A stretch of 64,000 nucleotides of DNA from Leptolyngbyaceae cyanobacterium (GTDB lineage Bacteria; Cyanobacteriota; Cyanobacteriia; Phormidesmidales; Phormidesmidaceae). The notes below the pieces were generated by a model. That model saw only the letters and a program-made list of their open reading frames with translations, searched no databases and was not told the DNA's origin. Both the position numbers and the translations under genes were made by a program. This document shows, piece by piece, positions 42,117-52,952 of the stretch. The stretch covers positions 160,001-224,000 of the forward strand of contig CBDHHL010000048.1 of assembly GCA_965263355.1 (NCBI GenBank). The letters are read 5' to 3'. How positions within the stretch are numbered: position 1 is the stretch's first letter; the number at the start of each line of letters is the position of its first letter.

Positions 42117-42221
42117 TCACTGTAGCAAGTTTAACGATTATTTCACATTCGATTTAGCGGTTGCCCACTGACTTGTCAGTGCTGACATGACCGCACTGCA
42201 GCAAACTAGGGAGAAAGCACG

Positions 42222-42602
42222 GTGGCACGTATTGCAGGCGTTGACCTACCAAGGGAGAAGCGCATTGAAATTGGTTTAACTTACATTTATGGTATCGGTC
42301 TGAGCCGATCAAAAGAGATTTTGGCAAAGACTGGGGTCAATGCCGACATTCGCGTTAAGGATTTAGCTGATAGCGATGTCGCCAAACTTCGTGAAGTCGT
42401 TGAAAACGACTATCAGATCGAAGGAGATCTGAGGCGTTGGGAGAGTATGAACATTAAGCGACTGATGGATATTGGTTGCTACCGAGGGCGTCGACATCGA
42501 ACGGGACTACCTGTACGTGGCCAGCGCACTCGCACTAATGCTCGTACTCGTCGAGGTAAGCGTTTGGCCATTGCGGGCAAGAAAAAGCCTGGGAAAAAGT
42601 AG
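42222..42602 (+). CDS. rpsM: 30S ribosomal protein S13
   Basis: [19 protein letters not shown]. Confidence 0.98.
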   Translation: MARIAGVDLPREKRIEIGLTYIYGIGLSRSKEILAKTGVNADIRVKDLADSDVAKLREVVENDYQIEGDLRRWESMNIKRLMDIGCYRGRRHRTGLPVRGQRTRTNARTRRGKRLAIAGKKKPGKK

Positions 42603-42785
42603 GTAAGTCCTGGCAAGTAGGTTCTGGCAGAGTAATCTGCAGGTGATTTTTAGCATGAGATTGCCAATAGGACATGCACGATAAAACGGGGAAAGTATTT
42701 TGACAAGGCAATGCATCGGCATACTGAACGCTGATTGATTGATAGAGATTTTGTGAAGAGTTAACGTTTTCGGAATACACGAACT

Positions 42786-43178
42786 ATGGCAAAAGGCGTC
42801 AAGCGCTCGGGTGGACGCAAACCAAGAAAGAATGTCCCTAATGGTGTTGTCTACATCCAATCAACATTCAACAACACCATCGTGACGATTACAGATACTA
42901 AGGGTGATGCTATTTCCTGGGCATCAGCTGGTTCTAGCGGCTTTAAAGGGGCAAAGAAGGGAACTCCTTTTGCGGCCCAGACTGCAGCCGACAGTGCAGC
43001 TCGTCGAGCGATGGATCAGGGAATGCGTCAAGTTGAAGTAATGGTTAGTGGCCCTGGTGCTGGTCGTGAAACTGCCATTCGTGCTCTGCAAGGGGCTGGG
43101 TTGGAAATCACCTTAATTCGAGATGTGACACCTATCCCCCACAATGGTTGCCGCCCACCAAAGCGTCGCCGTGTTTAA
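42786..43178 (+). CDS. rpsK: 30S ribosomal protein S11
   Basis: [20 protein letters not shown]. Confidence 0.98.
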   Translation: MAKGVKRSGGRKPRKNVPNGVVYIQSTFNNTIVTITDTKGDAISWASAGSSGFKGAKKGTPFAAQTAADSAARRAMDQGMRQVEVMVSGPGAGRETAIRALQGAGLEITLIRDVTPIPHNGCRPPKRRRV

Positions 43179-43243
43179 TCATTTGCTACCTATCAGCTAA
43201 ACGATCAGCCAACAGGCATAGCTATTGAAGGGAGGTCACTGTA

Positions 43244-44191
43244 GTGGGACAGTTTCAAGTTGAATGCGTAGAATCAATTGTTGACGACGATCAGAGCCAA
43301 TTTAGTCGGTTTGTTATCGAACCCCTTGAAAGAAGTCAAGGTATTAGTGTAGGCAACGCCTTAAGACGAGTACTACTCTCTAACCTAGAGGGTGCAGCCA
43401 TTACTGCTGTACGAATAGCAGGTGCTAATCACGAGTTCGCCACCATTCCAGGCGTTCGTGAGGACGTTCTAGATATTATTCTTAATTTAAAAGAGGTCGT
43501 TCTTAAGACTTACACCAATCAGCCCCAGATCGGCCGTTTAGCGGTACAGGGGCCAGCATCGGTAACAGCCGCACACTTTGAACTGCCAGCTGAGGTAGAA
43601 CTTATTAACCCCGACCATTACATTGCATCCGTCGCCCAAGGCCATACTCTTGAGATGGAATTCCGGGTAGAAAATGGTCGGGGTTACCGTTCTGTTAGCA
43701 ACAATCGAGATGAGGCAACTGCCCTGGATTTCATGCAGATTGATGCAATCTTCATGCCCGTGCGCAAGGTCAATTACTCAGTCGAAGAAACTATTGTAGG
43801 GGCTGACCAACCAAAAGATCGGTTACTGATGGAAGTGAGTACTAACGGTAGTCTCACACCACAGCAAGCAATGAGTCAGGCAGCCGATATCTTAGTAGAT
43901 TTGTTTAGTCCCCTTAAAGATGTCACCCTCGAACCTAAGCGTGATGAAGACGTCAAAGAGGAAGACACCACCTATCAAATTCCAATTGAAGAGTTACAGT
44001 TATCTGTACGTGCTTACAATTGTTTGAAACGGGCACAGATAAACTCTGTTTCTGACTTGCTAGATTACAGTCAAGAGGATCTTTTGGAGATCAAGAACTT
44101 CGGGCAGAAGTCGGCTGAAGAGGTGATTGATTCGTTACAGCATCGGCTGGGTATCACCCTGCCAATCGAGAAACCGGTTAAGTCATCTTAG
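43244..44191 (+). CDS. rpoA: RNA polymerase alpha subunit
   Basis: GNALRRVLL, LSVRAYNCLKR. Confidence 0.98.
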   Translation: MGQFQVECVESIVDDDQSQFSRFVIEPLERSQGISVGNALRRVLLSNLEGAAITAVRIAGANHEFATIPGVREDVLDIILNLKEVVLKTYTNQPQIGRLAVQGPASVTAAHFELPAEVELINPDHYIASVAQGHTLEMEFRVENGRGYRSVSNNRDEATALDFMQIDAIFMPVRKVNYSVEETIVGADQPKDRLLMEVSTNGSLTPQQAMSQAADILVDLFSPLKDVTLEPKRDEDVKEEDTTYQIPIEELQLSVRAYNCLKRAQINSVSDLLDYSQEDLLEIKNFGQKSAEEVIDSLQHRLGITLPIEKPVKSS

Positions 44192-44286
44192 TCCCTTAGT
44201 TTTGAGCCTTGATTTAATTGAGGCCATCTATCCGAAGCCTCTGGTTTCGGTTTTTTCTTGTTTATAGCATTAATAGAGGAGGTTTC

Positions 44287-44637
44287 ATGCGCCATCGAAG
44301 TCGTACACCCCATTTAAGTAAACCAGCTGATCAGCGACGTGCTTTGTTGAGATCGCTCACCACCGAGCTGATTCGTCACGGTCGAATCAAAACCACCCTG
44401 ACCCGAGCCAAAGCTGTTCGTTCCGAAGCCGAACGCATGATCACTCTGGCTAAAGAGGGCTCCCTGGCTGCTCGTCGTCGAGCCATGGGGTACATGTACG
44501 ACAAAGATCTTGTACATGCCTTATTTGAGCAAGCCCCCTCTCGCTATGCCGAACGCCAAGGTGGCTACACTCGAATTGTGCGCACGGTCAGCCGCCGAGG
44601 TGATAACTCAACTATGGCCATTATTGAGCTCACCTAG
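44287..44637 (+). CDS. rplQ: 50S ribosomal protein L17
   Basis: MRHR, GGYTRI, RRGD. Confidence 0.98.
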   Translation: MRHRSRTPHLSKPADQRRALLRSLTTELIRHGRIKTTLTRAKAVRSEAERMITLAKEGSLAARRRAMGYMYDKDLVHALFEQAPSRYAERQGGYTRIVRTVSRRGDNSTMAIIELT

Positions 44638-44648
44638 AGTCTTGATCG

Positions 44649-45527
44649 ATGGCCAATCGTAAGCCTGCTCAACAGATTGAGGCTATCCCTGAAGCCAACA
44701 AAGGGACTCAACGGGTAGCCATTGTTATTCAATATCAGGGAACCAATTTTTACGGATGGCAACGTCAGCCGGAGAAGCGTACAGTTCAATCAGAGATTGA
44801 AACCGCCATTGAGTCATTGTTGGGCTATCGCGTTACCATCCATGGCGCAGGACGTACTGATACAGGAGTACATGCAGCTGCTCAAGTGGCCCACTTCGAT
44901 GCCCCTAAGGTGATCCCAGCGTATCGCTGGGCATCTATCCTTAACCATCGATTATGTGAGGAGATTGTGATTCGTGCTGCAGCCCAGGTTCCCGATGACT
45001 GGCACGCCCAATATTCGGCCGAATGGCGACGGTATCGATACACTATCTACACCGATACTTATCCAAATCTCTTTGTTCGTCCCTATGCATGGCATTTTTA
45101 CCATGAACCTTTGAATGCTGAACTAATGCAGTCGGCATTAGCCCCTATGTTGGGTTATCATGAGCTAGCTGCGTTTCATCGTGCGGGTTCCAGTCGTGCC
45201 CATTCGTGGGTTGAGTTGCAAGCGGCTGATTGTTCCCGTTGTGGTTCGTTTGTTCAGGTTGAGCTGCAGGCTGCTGGTTTTCTCTATGGCATGGTGCGCC
45301 TGATAATGGGTTTGCTAGTAAGTGTGGGTCGTCGTCGCCTAACTCCTGATGCTTTTACTGAACTTTGGCAGTCAGGCCGCCGTGACTTGGTTAAGCATGC
45401 TGCACCAGCTCGAGGCCTTTGCCTATTGCGGGTAGGTTATCAACATTTCCCATTTGCACCGGATGTTTGGTTTGATACTCAACCACAGTTAATGCTGCAT
45501 TCCACTACGAAGCATTTGGCTGTTTAG
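44649..45527 (+). CDS. truA: tRNA pseudouridine(38-40) synthase
   Basis: GWQRQ, AGRTDTGVHA, FLYGMVR. Confidence 0.96.
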   Translation: MANRKPAQQIEAIPEANKGTQRVAIVIQYQGTNFYGWQRQPEKRTVQSEIETAIESLLGYRVTIHGAGRTDTGVHAAAQVAHFDAPKVIPAYRWASILNHRLCEEIVIRAAAQVPDDWHAQYSAEWRRYRYTIYTDTYPNLFVRPYAWHFYHEPLNAELMQSALAPMLGYHELAAFHRAGSSRAHSWVELQAADCSRCGSFVQVELQAAGFLYGMVRLIMGLLVSVGRRRLTPDAFTELWQSGRRDLVKHAAPARGLCLLRVGYQHFPFAPDVWFDTQPQLMLHSTTKHLAV

Positions 45528-45631
45528 ATTGCTGTAGTCAATCTTTGAGATCCTACTCAACACTCTTACAATATAGGCCGAATATCAAAAATGGCCACAT
45601 TTAATCCAGTTCGTTATATCAGTGCCTAAGC

Positions 45632-46063
45632 ATGTTTAAGACCTATATTCCCCCTGTCCAAGAAATAGATAAGAAGTGGTACGTTGTCGATGCCGCTGAC
45701 AAACGCCTTGGTCGTCTAGCGACAGAAGTTGCCAGTATCCTACGAGGCAAGAATAAGCCCACATTTACTCCAAATATGGATACTGGCGACTTTGTGATTG
45801 TGATTAACGCCGAAAAAGTTCATGTCACTGGTAGAAAGCGTGAACAAAAACTCTATCGTCGTCACTCTGGGCGTCCCGGTGGCATGAAGGTAGAAACCTT
45901 TGACCAGCTGCAGAATCGTATTCCCGAACGGATTATTGAGAAAGCTGTTAGGGGCATGCTACCCAAAAATGCTCTTGGTCGTAAGCTGTTTACCAATTTG
46001 AAAGTTTATGCAGGGCCTGAGCATCCCCATGAAGCTCAGCAACCTGAGGTCATCAACCTTTAA
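45632..46063 (+). CDS. rplM: 50S ribosomal protein L13
   Basis: [14 protein letters not shown]. Confidence 0.98.
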   Translation: MFKTYIPPVQEIDKKWYVVDAADKRLGRLATEVASILRGKNKPTFTPNMDTGDFVIVINAEKVHVTGRKREQKLYRRHSGRPGGMKVETFDQLQNRIPERIIEKAVRGMLPKNALGRKLFTNLKVYAGPEHPHEAQQPEVINL

Positions 46064-46109
46064 CTTAGTTTGAACTAGCAATATTTTATTTACAGGAGAG
46101 CATAGTTCC

Positions 46110-46520
46110 ATGTCAGAAGGACAATCTGATCAAGTTGTTTACTGGGGTACCGGTCGTCGTAAAGCAGCTGTAGCTCGTGTACGTCTGGTGCCTGGAGAGG
46201 GCAAACTCACCGTCAATGGCAAACCTGGTACCGACCATCTTCAAAATAATGCAGCTTATTTATCAGCCACTAAAGCGCCGCTGGAAACCCTTGGTCTGGA
46301 AGCTGATTACGATATCTTGGTCAATGTTCGCGGTGGCGGACTGACGGGTCAAGCCGATGCCATTAAGCTTGGCGTTGCTCGTGCTTTGTGTGAACTAGAT
46401 CCTGCTAATCGTGGACCTTTAAAAATTGAAGGTTATCTCACCCGCGATCCCCGTTGCAAGGAACGAAAGAAGTACGGTTTGAAGAAAGCCCGTAAGGCTT
46501 CTCAGTTCTCCAAACGTTAA
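46110..46520 (+). CDS. rpsI: 30S ribosomal protein S9
   Basis: GTGRRK, ERKKYG, QFSKR. Confidence 0.98.
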   Translation: MSEGQSDQVVYWGTGRRKAAVARVRLVPGEGKLTVNGKPGTDHLQNNAAYLSATKAPLETLGLEADYDILVNVRGGGLTGQADAIKLGVARALCELDPANRGPLKIEGYLTRDPRCKERKKYGLKKARKASQFSKR

Positions 46521-46572
46521 TTTATTTAGGTTTTGTTTATCCCTCAAACTATCTCACTATCGGAATAGAACC

Positions 46573-46815
46573 ATGCCAAAAGCAGATATTCATCCCGAGT
46601 GGTACCCTGAAGCTAAGGTCTACTGCGACGGTAAATTAATCATGACCGTAGGCTCCACTAAGCCTGAACTGCATGTGGATGTATGGTCTGGAAACCATCC
46701 TTTCTACACAGGCACTCAGAAAATCATTGACACTGAAGGGCGTGTAGAGCGTTTCTTACGTAAATACGGCATGGCCGACGATAAGAATAAGCAGGCTGAC
46801 AGCGCTGAAGGCTAG
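46573..46815 (+). CDS. rpmE: 50S ribosomal protein L31
   Basis: IHPEWY, HPFYTG, GRVERF. Confidence 0.98.
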   Translation: MPKADIHPEWYPEAKVYCDGKLIMTVGSTKPELHVDVWSGNHPFYTGTQKIIDTEGRVERFLRKYGMADDKNKQADSAEG

Positions 46816-46836
46816 CTGCTAATAGCATCATCTTGA

Positions 46837-46870
46837 ATCCGGGGGATTAGTCTGTCCTTCGGATGTTTTG
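46837..46870 (+). terminator. Possible terminator hairpin after rpmE
   Basis: atccggggga...tccttcggat stem (G-U pairs) then gttttg. Confidence 0.45.
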
Positions 46871-46924
46871 TATATGTTGACATTCTTTGTAGCCCTAACC
46901 CGCTGACATTATTGAGCAAATTCC

Positions 46925-48028
46925 ATGGCTGAGCAATATCTTCTCGATAAACTAAGGTCGGTTGATCAAACCTTTGAAGAACTCACCCGCCGCCTTGCGG
47001 ATCCGGATGTAGCCAAGGATCCAGATGAGTTTCAAAAAATTGCCAAGGCACGGGCATCTTTGGAGGAAACCATTAACACCTACAACGATTGGCAGAAGGC
47101 TAAGTCAGACTATGAAGGTGCTCAGGAAGTGCTTAAAGAGGCTGCGGGAGATGAAGAGCTGCGGGAAATGGCTGCTATGGAAGTCAAAGAACTCCAGGAG
47201 AGCATTACCACTTTGGAAACACGCCTCAAAATATTGTTGCTGCCACGCGATCCTAACGACGACAAAAACATTATGTTGGAAATCCGGGCCGGGGCCGGTG
47301 GCGATGAGGCTGGGATCTGGGCTGGGGATTTGCTACGAATGTATTCACGCTATTCAGAAGGACAGGGTTGGAAAGTGCAGACCATCAGCCAGTCTGTCGC
47401 TGATATGGGGGGCTGTAAGGAAGCCATTTTAGAAATTACTGGAGACCAGGTTTATAGCAAACTCAAGTTCGAAGCAGGTGTACACCGTGTTCAAAGGGTA
47501 CCAGCCACTGAAACCAGTGGTCGTGTCCACACATCTACAGCAACTGTAGCCGTGATGCCAGAAGTGGACGATGTGGAAGTCAAAATTGATCCTAAGGAAA
47601 TTGAACTGACTACAGCTCGTTCAGGGGGTGCAGGAGGTCAGAACGTAAACAAGGTGGAAACAGCTGTAGATTTATTCCACAAACCGACCGGTATTCGAAT
47701 TTTTTGTACGGAAGAGCGATCTCAGCTACAAAACCGAGAAAGGGCCATGCAAATTTTACGGGCCAAACTTTACGAAATAATGCTCCAAGAGCAGCAGGCA
47801 GAAGTCACAGATATGCGCCGCTCTCAAGTTGGTACAGGCTCTCGCTCTGAAAAAATTCGAACTTACAATTACAAAGACAATCGCGTCACCGATCATCGTC
47901 TAGGACAAAATTTTAGCTTAGCACCAGCCTTAGAGGGAGACATTGAAATTATGGTGCAATCCTGCATTACCCAAGACCAACAAGCTAAATTAGAACAGCT
48001 AGCCGCTGAAACTGAAACCCCCGCTTAA
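46925..48028 (+). CDS. prfA: Peptide chain release factor 1
   Basis: PAT specificity motif and GGQ. Confidence 0.97.
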   Translation: MAEQYLLDKLRSVDQTFEELTRRLADPDVAKDPDEFQKIAKARASLEETINTYNDWQKAKSDYEGAQEVLKEAAGDEELREMAAMEVKELQESITTLETRLKILLLPRDPNDDKNIMLEIRAGAGGDEAGIWAGDLLRMYSRYSEGQGWKVQTISQSVADMGGCKEAILEITGDQVYSKLKFEAGVHRVQRVPATETSGRVHTSTATVAVMPEVDDVEVKIDPKEIELTTARSGGAGGQNVNKVETAVDLFHKPTGIRIFCTEERSQLQNRERAMQILRAKLYEIMLQEQQAEVTDMRRSQVGTGSRSEKIRTYNYKDNRVTDHRLGQNFSLAPALEGDIEIMVQSCITQDQQAKLEQLAAETETPA

Positions 48029-48087
48029 ACAACACAGTGGGGTATTTGTTCACGGAGTTTGACAAGCTGTCTACTTCTTCCGTATCT

Positions 48088-49383
48088 ATGGCTAAATTTT
48101 TGCACATTGCTGATGTGCATCTAGGGTTTGATCGCTACAACAGCAAGGTTCGTACCACAGATTTTTTCCATACCCTGTGGGATGTATTTGATCGTTACGC
48201 CATCCAGATAAATGTGGACTTTGTTGTGATTGCCGGTGATTTATTTGAACACCGAATGATCCAACCCGCTATTTTGAATCAAGCTCAGCTTTGTCTGCAA
48301 CAGTTACAAGCTGCCAAGATTCCAGTTATCGCCATTGAAGGAAACCACGATAATTGTCCCTATGGAACAAAAACTAGCTGGCTACGCTATCTATCGGACT
48401 GGGGATTACTCAAACTGCTAGAACCCAGCCCAGGAGAAACCCTCTATACCCCTTGGGATGAAGCCACAAAACGGGGGAGCTACATTGATCTTGACTGTGA
48501 TGTCAGAATCTTAGGATCTAGCTGGTACGGTGCGGCTGCCCCTAAGGCCATCGAGCAAATTGCTAAGGCAATGACAGAGCAACTGCCTGTAGGCCCTAGC
48601 TCAACTGTTTTACTCTTCCACCATGGTTTAGAAGGGCAAATTGCTCGCTATTCTGGAGCCCTCCGTTATAACGATTTACTTCCCCTCAAAGCAGCTGGTG
48701 TAGACTACCTCGGCTTGGGACATATCCATAAACATTACACAATCGATAATTGGGTCTTTAATCCTGGCTCCTTAGAAGCTAACAACATAGAAGAAGGCAC
48801 CTTTGAGCGGGGGGCATTGCTAGTTGACCTCAACCATGGGCAGGTGGAAGCTAAGCTAAAAACTGATTATCGCCAACGCCCTATCACCAGGCTTTCATTA
48901 AAACTACGAGGCCAAGAAGCCTTAGAGGATATTGAAGGGTTGGCCCTTAAAACACTTAATCGGGCAATTGAGCAAAAACAAATAAACTCTAAACAGCAAC
49001 CCATTGTTGAGCTACGGATTGAGGGTCATGTGGGATTTGAACGCCTAGAGCTAGACACACGTAAGCTACAAACAGTATTGCAAGACCATTGCAACGCATT
49101 AATTTTTCTACTCAAATATGAAGTCGATAATGTTGCCTATGGAACTCCCCTAGCGGATGATGCTGACCGTCATCAAATCGAACGAGAGATTTTTACTGAC
49201 CTCTTATCCGCTAATAATATCTATAAAAAACGCGCTCAAAACTTGGCAGCAGGCCTAATTGAACTCAAGGAACGTCACTTGATTGGTGAACATGAAGAGA
49301 CTCTCTATATTTTGGTAGAACAGCTATTAAATTCTGCCCCTGTGCCAATGTCTACTCAGGCGTCTTCTGACCATTCAAGCTAA
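48088..49383 (+). CDS. sbcD: SbcD/Mre11-family DNA repair nuclease
   Basis: ADVHLG, AGDLF, GNHD, GHIH, NPGS metallophosphoesterase motifs. Confidence 0.88.
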   Translation: MAKFLHIADVHLGFDRYNSKVRTTDFFHTLWDVFDRYAIQINVDFVVIAGDLFEHRMIQPAILNQAQLCLQQLQAAKIPVIAIEGNHDNCPYGTKTSWLRYLSDWGLLKLLEPSPGETLYTPWDEATKRGSYIDLDCDVRILGSSWYGAAAPKAIEQIAKAMTEQLPVGPSSTVLLFHHGLEGQIARYSGALRYNDLLPLKAAGVDYLGLGHIHKHYTIDNWVFNPGSLEANNIEEGTFERGALLVDLNHGQVEAKLKTDYRQRPITRLSLKLRGQEALEDIEGLALKTLNRAIEQKQINSKQQPIVELRIEGHVGFERLELDTRKLQTVLQDHCNALIFLLKYEVDNVAYGTPLADDADRHQIEREIFTDLLSANNIYKKRAQNLAAGLIELKERHLIGEHEETLYILVEQLLNSAPVPMSTQASSDHSS

Positions 49384-49440
49384 GATTGCGGCAAAATTGT
49401 GTGCCCTGCACTGCCGTCAATGACATCAGAGGATATCTGC

Positions 49441-51906
49441 ATGGGTTTGGATAGATCACCAGAACAGTTGATTAAAGCTGGACTAGCTGCATTGAAGCAA
49501 AAAGACTATGAGCGTGCGATCGCAACGTTTCAAGCGCTCACCCAAGTCGATAAGGTAAGTGCAAATTATCGACTTAAGGCTCAAATGGGACTTATCCGTA
49601 CCTATGAAGCCCAAGGCGCTAATGCCCAGGCCCAGGAACTATGTCAGCCTCTGCTTAAAAGCCATAGTCAGGCCATCCGTCAGTGGGCCTATGATAAATT
49701 ACAACAGCTCATCTCTAATAGCGGCAGCTCTGGACAGCATCCCATCATCCCTGATAATACGGCTGAAGCAGTCAGTGGTTTTGTCCCTGAAACAAGTGGT
49801 TTTGTCCCTTTCAATATTAATGAATCAGGCATCGAACCCATTAACTCACCTGGTAACTCAAATAGTTCAATAGCTCCTCAATCTATAGAGAACTCTAGTG
49901 ACGACCCATCCACCAGCAATCAACCCTCTCTATTTCATTACCAAACCCTCAACAATAGAAAAAATTTAGAGATAGCAGAGGTTAGGGACTTAAACTCTCT
50001 TGAAAATAACAACCACCACCCAACCGCAGCCCATCATCAAGGCCCAAATTCCTCGGAACCAACAACGCTCCTGCCATCAGAAAATTCAGACCAGATTACG
50101 CCTGCCCCACAACTAAACACTCTAATCAAACGATCCCATCGTTTAATACCCGCAACCTCAACACCTGGACCTGAGACTTGGCCCCAAGGTGAACGGCTCA
50201 GCACCTTGAAATCTTTAGGTCGAGTAGGTAAGGGTAGGCTTTGGTTTGCTCAACTAACAACAATTCCCATCTGCTTCTTTGTAATCCGTTGGCTAGCAAA
50301 AATCACCCTGACCTTTATTGGCAATTATCTGAATTTTTTAAGGGATTTCTCACCAATTCATATTCGGGTTAGTTACTTTTTCTGGGAACCTCAGTACTGG
50401 ACAGTCTTAATTAGCCTAGGAGTACTGACGATTACTTCTCCATGGCTATGGTCATGGCTTCTACAGCCCACGAACCAAATTAATCGTTCGCAATTACAAA
50501 TTTACAGTCCAGAAGCAGCACAACTTTTACACCGTCTTTGTGCAAAACGGCACTGGCAGTTCCCAAAAATTCAGCTGATCGCCGACGAATTACCACTAAT
50601 TTTTTCTTATGGGTGGCGACCTCGCTATGGCCAACTTGTCCTTAGCCAAGGGTTGCTTGACCAACTAGACCCCGACGAGCTGGCCGCCATCATCATGTAC
50701 GAGATCAGTCACTGGTCAACCTTAGACTGGATATTTTTCTCTAGCCATGGGCTAATCTTACAGGTCTGCCATCGTGCCTATTGGTTCCTAGCTCGGTGGG
50801 GAAAGGATCGACCTATAATTCTCCAGCTTGGGGCCGGAACGTTGGCTACTTTGAGCTATGGAATTTTCTGGCTATTGAGCAAGGTGGGCTGCAGCCTAGC
50901 ACGGACTCGGACTCCTTATCGAGATCGCATTGCCACCGAACTAACTGGTAATCCTAATGGACTCATACGCGCTTTAGCCAAACTTTCAGCTGCCATGGCC
51001 AACGCTATTGAGCAGCAAGGGTATACACCAGCCTTATTAGAAAGCTTGGATGCGATGCTACCGGTAGGTCCACAACGAGCAGGAGCATCAGCCAAGTACT
51101 ATGCCTGGGGAGCCTTTAACCCATTACGCCATTGGCTATCGGTCAACCAAGCCCATCCACCGTTAGGCGACCGGCTCTATATCCTGAATGCCTATGGCCG
51201 ATATTGGCGGCTTAAACCCAGTCTTAACTTTGCCCATTTAAGTCTGAGAAATAGCTCACAACCATTATCCACCAATGACTGGCAGAATTTACTCTTACAG
51301 GGGGGTGTCTGGTCCGGATTAATTCTCGGCTTGGGTCTTGGCATGGGTATGTGGTTGATTGGTGCGATCGCAACAAGCCTAAAGTTTCCCCTTCTTGCTT
51401 GGCTGTATCAAGATCGCAGCATTCTCATTGGCATCCCTCTGATTTGTGCAGCTACCAGCCAACTACTACGAATCAATTCGTTCTTCCCAGAAATCACCGA
51501 TATCCCCACCACCAGCCCAACACAATTTTCAGTCTGGCAAACTGACCATACCTTGCTCCCCCTTAGTTATCGCCCTTTAAAAATTAATGGCACTCTCACA
51601 GGCCGCCCTGCTCTAGCTAATTGGTTGGGACAGGAATGGCGACTGCAGACCGACCAAGGCAACATCAAACTACACCACGCTGCTTTCTTTGGACCTCTGA
51701 GCAATATAAGAGGCCTGACACCATTGCTGCATAAACCACTCCAGGTAACTGGCTGGCTGCGAGGAGGACATTATCTCTGGATTGACATCGAATATCTCCA
51801 AGACAGCCAAGGCCATACAAAACTTTCCCACCACCCAATCTGGTCAGTCATTACCAGCATCCTTCCCCTGGGATATGGCCTGTGGCTCATCTTAAGAGGA
51901 GGATAG
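49441..51906 (+). CDS. Membrane M48/HtpX-like peptidase homolog with N-terminal TPR; metal ligands degenerate
   Basis: LSQGLLDQLDPDELAA..YEISH, TGNPNGLIRAL, HPPLGDRL. Confidence 0.8.
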   Translation: MGLDRSPEQLIKAGLAALKQKDYERAIATFQALTQVDKVSANYRLKAQMGLIRTYEAQGANAQAQELCQPLLKSHSQAIRQWAYDKLQQLISNSGSSGQHPIIPDNTAEAVSGFVPETSGFVPFNINESGIEPINSPGNSNSSIAPQSIENSSDDPSTSNQPSLFHYQTLNNRKNLEIAEVRDLNSLENNNHHPTAAHHQGPNSSEPTTLLPSENSDQITPAPQLNTLIKRSHRLIPATSTPGPETWPQGERLSTLKSLGRVGKGRLWFAQLTTIPICFFVIRWLAKITLTFIGNYLNFLRDFSPIHIRVSYFFWEPQYWTVLISLGVLTITSPWLWSWLLQPTNQINRSQLQIYSPEAAQLLHRLCAKRHWQFPKIQLIADELPLIFSYGWRPRYGQLVLSQGLLDQLDPDELAAIIMYEISHWSTLDWIFFSSHGLILQVCHRAYWFLARWGKDRPIILQLGAGTLATLSYGIFWLLSKVGCSLARTRTPYRDRIATELTGNPNGLIRALAKLSAAMANAIEQQGYTPALLESLDAMLPVGPQRAGASAKYYAWGAFNPLRHWLSVNQAHPPLGDRLYILNAYGRYWRLKPSLNFAHLSLRNSSQPLSTNDWQNLLLQGGVWSGLILGLGLGMGMWLIGAIATSLKFPLLAWLYQDRSILIGIPLICAATSQLLRINSFFPEITDIPTTSPTQFSVWQTDHTLLPLSYRPLKINGTLTGRPALANWLGQEWRLQTDQGNIKLHHAAFFGPLSNIRGLTPLLHKPLQVTGWLRGGHYLWIDIEYLQDSQGHTKLSHHPIWSVITSILPLGYGLWLILRGG

Positions 51907-52396
51907 CAATTGCCTGCCTGCATCAGTTAAAGTTAGACCTAAATAACCTGGAATTTATTTTTCTACAGTTCCTTAAGTCAATTGCTTGACTCTATGTTAT
52001 CTTTAGGCAGCTTCACTAAAAAAACCATTAGAATAGCTTGGCTTGGCATCAGACAGCATGATACTTTGAATGTGTAGGTATACGGCCTGTTTTCTCATTT
52101 CATACAATGAGAGGTCTCTGGTAGAGGTAGTGATGAGTAGTCATTTTGATTGACTGTTACCAGAGTTAGAGGTGATTTTTGCAAGCCACCCAGGTGGGTT
52201 TTTAAAAACTCGTTAACATGGTTGCTCGCTTACAATGGCCAGTGGTTTTTGCTGCGGTTCGTCACTTGTCAAATCATCTAAAGCCATAGTTCCAAGTTTT
52301 CTTTTAGAAGTTTTCAACCTCTAGTAAGGTTAGTTGGCTAAGTTTTGTTGACCTATCCGCCGCAATTGTTTCTTAGATCTGTTTAAGAGGTATCCC

Positions 52397-52849
52397 ATGT
52401 CAGTGCGCTTATATATTGGCAATCTTCCCCGTGAGCTAGAACGCGAGGAATTTGAAGCTGTTTTTGCAGAAGATGTTGATAACATCGTTTCAGTCAAATT
52501 AATTGCTGATCGCAAAACTGGTAAGTGTCGGGGTTTTGGTTTTGTCACTGTCAAAACTGATGAAATTGCCGATACTCTTGTGAGTAAGTACAACGGCCAA
52601 ACGCTTCAAGATACTACTCTTAAAGTTGAGAAAGCTATGCCACGTACTAAGGAAGCTGAGAGTAGTAATAGCAGTGGCAATGCCAATAGTGGTCGCAAGG
52701 GCAACGGCAAGAGAAATAACGGCAGTGGTGCACGTAAGCCTGCTACTTATTCTTCACCAGCCCCTGAAAGCACTCAGCCGGATCCTCGCTGGGCATCGGA
52801 CTTAGCTAAACTTAAGGAAATGCTTGCAGCACAAACAACGGCTTCCTAG
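52397..52849 (+). CDS. RRM RNA-binding protein, Rbp3-like class
   Basis: LYIGNL (RNP2), RGFGFV (RNP1), C-terminal QPDPRWA. Confidence 0.9.
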   Translation: MSVRLYIGNLPRELEREEFEAVFAEDVDNIVSVKLIADRKTGKCRGFGFVTVKTDEIADTLVSKYNGQTLQDTTLKVEKAMPRTKEAESSNSSGNANSGRKGNGKRNNGSGARKPATYSSPAPESTQPDPRWASDLAKLKEMLAAQTTAS

Positions 52850-52897
52850 AAGTTCCCTAGGCAAATACTCTTTTTTTGAATCAACTACATACTCAGT

Positions 52898-52930
52898 GAA
52901 GGGGCCAAAATAAATTTGAGCCCCTTCTTT
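52898..52930. terminator. Hairpin between convergent rbp and crtB
   Basis: gaaggggc...gccccttc followed by ttt. Confidence 0.6.
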
Positions 52931-52952
52931 AACAGCTCTAAATAACCAGATA

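Noticed and set aside
26084..44637. Absence of rpsJ, rpsN, rpmD and rpsD from the ribosomal cluster
   Set aside because: Normal for cyanobacteria: these genes are located elsewhere or absent
48088..49383. sbcD without adjacent sbcC as a possible defence nuclease
   Set aside because: Core context after prfA and ordinary SbcD motifs; unlinked sbcC/sbcD is not unusual
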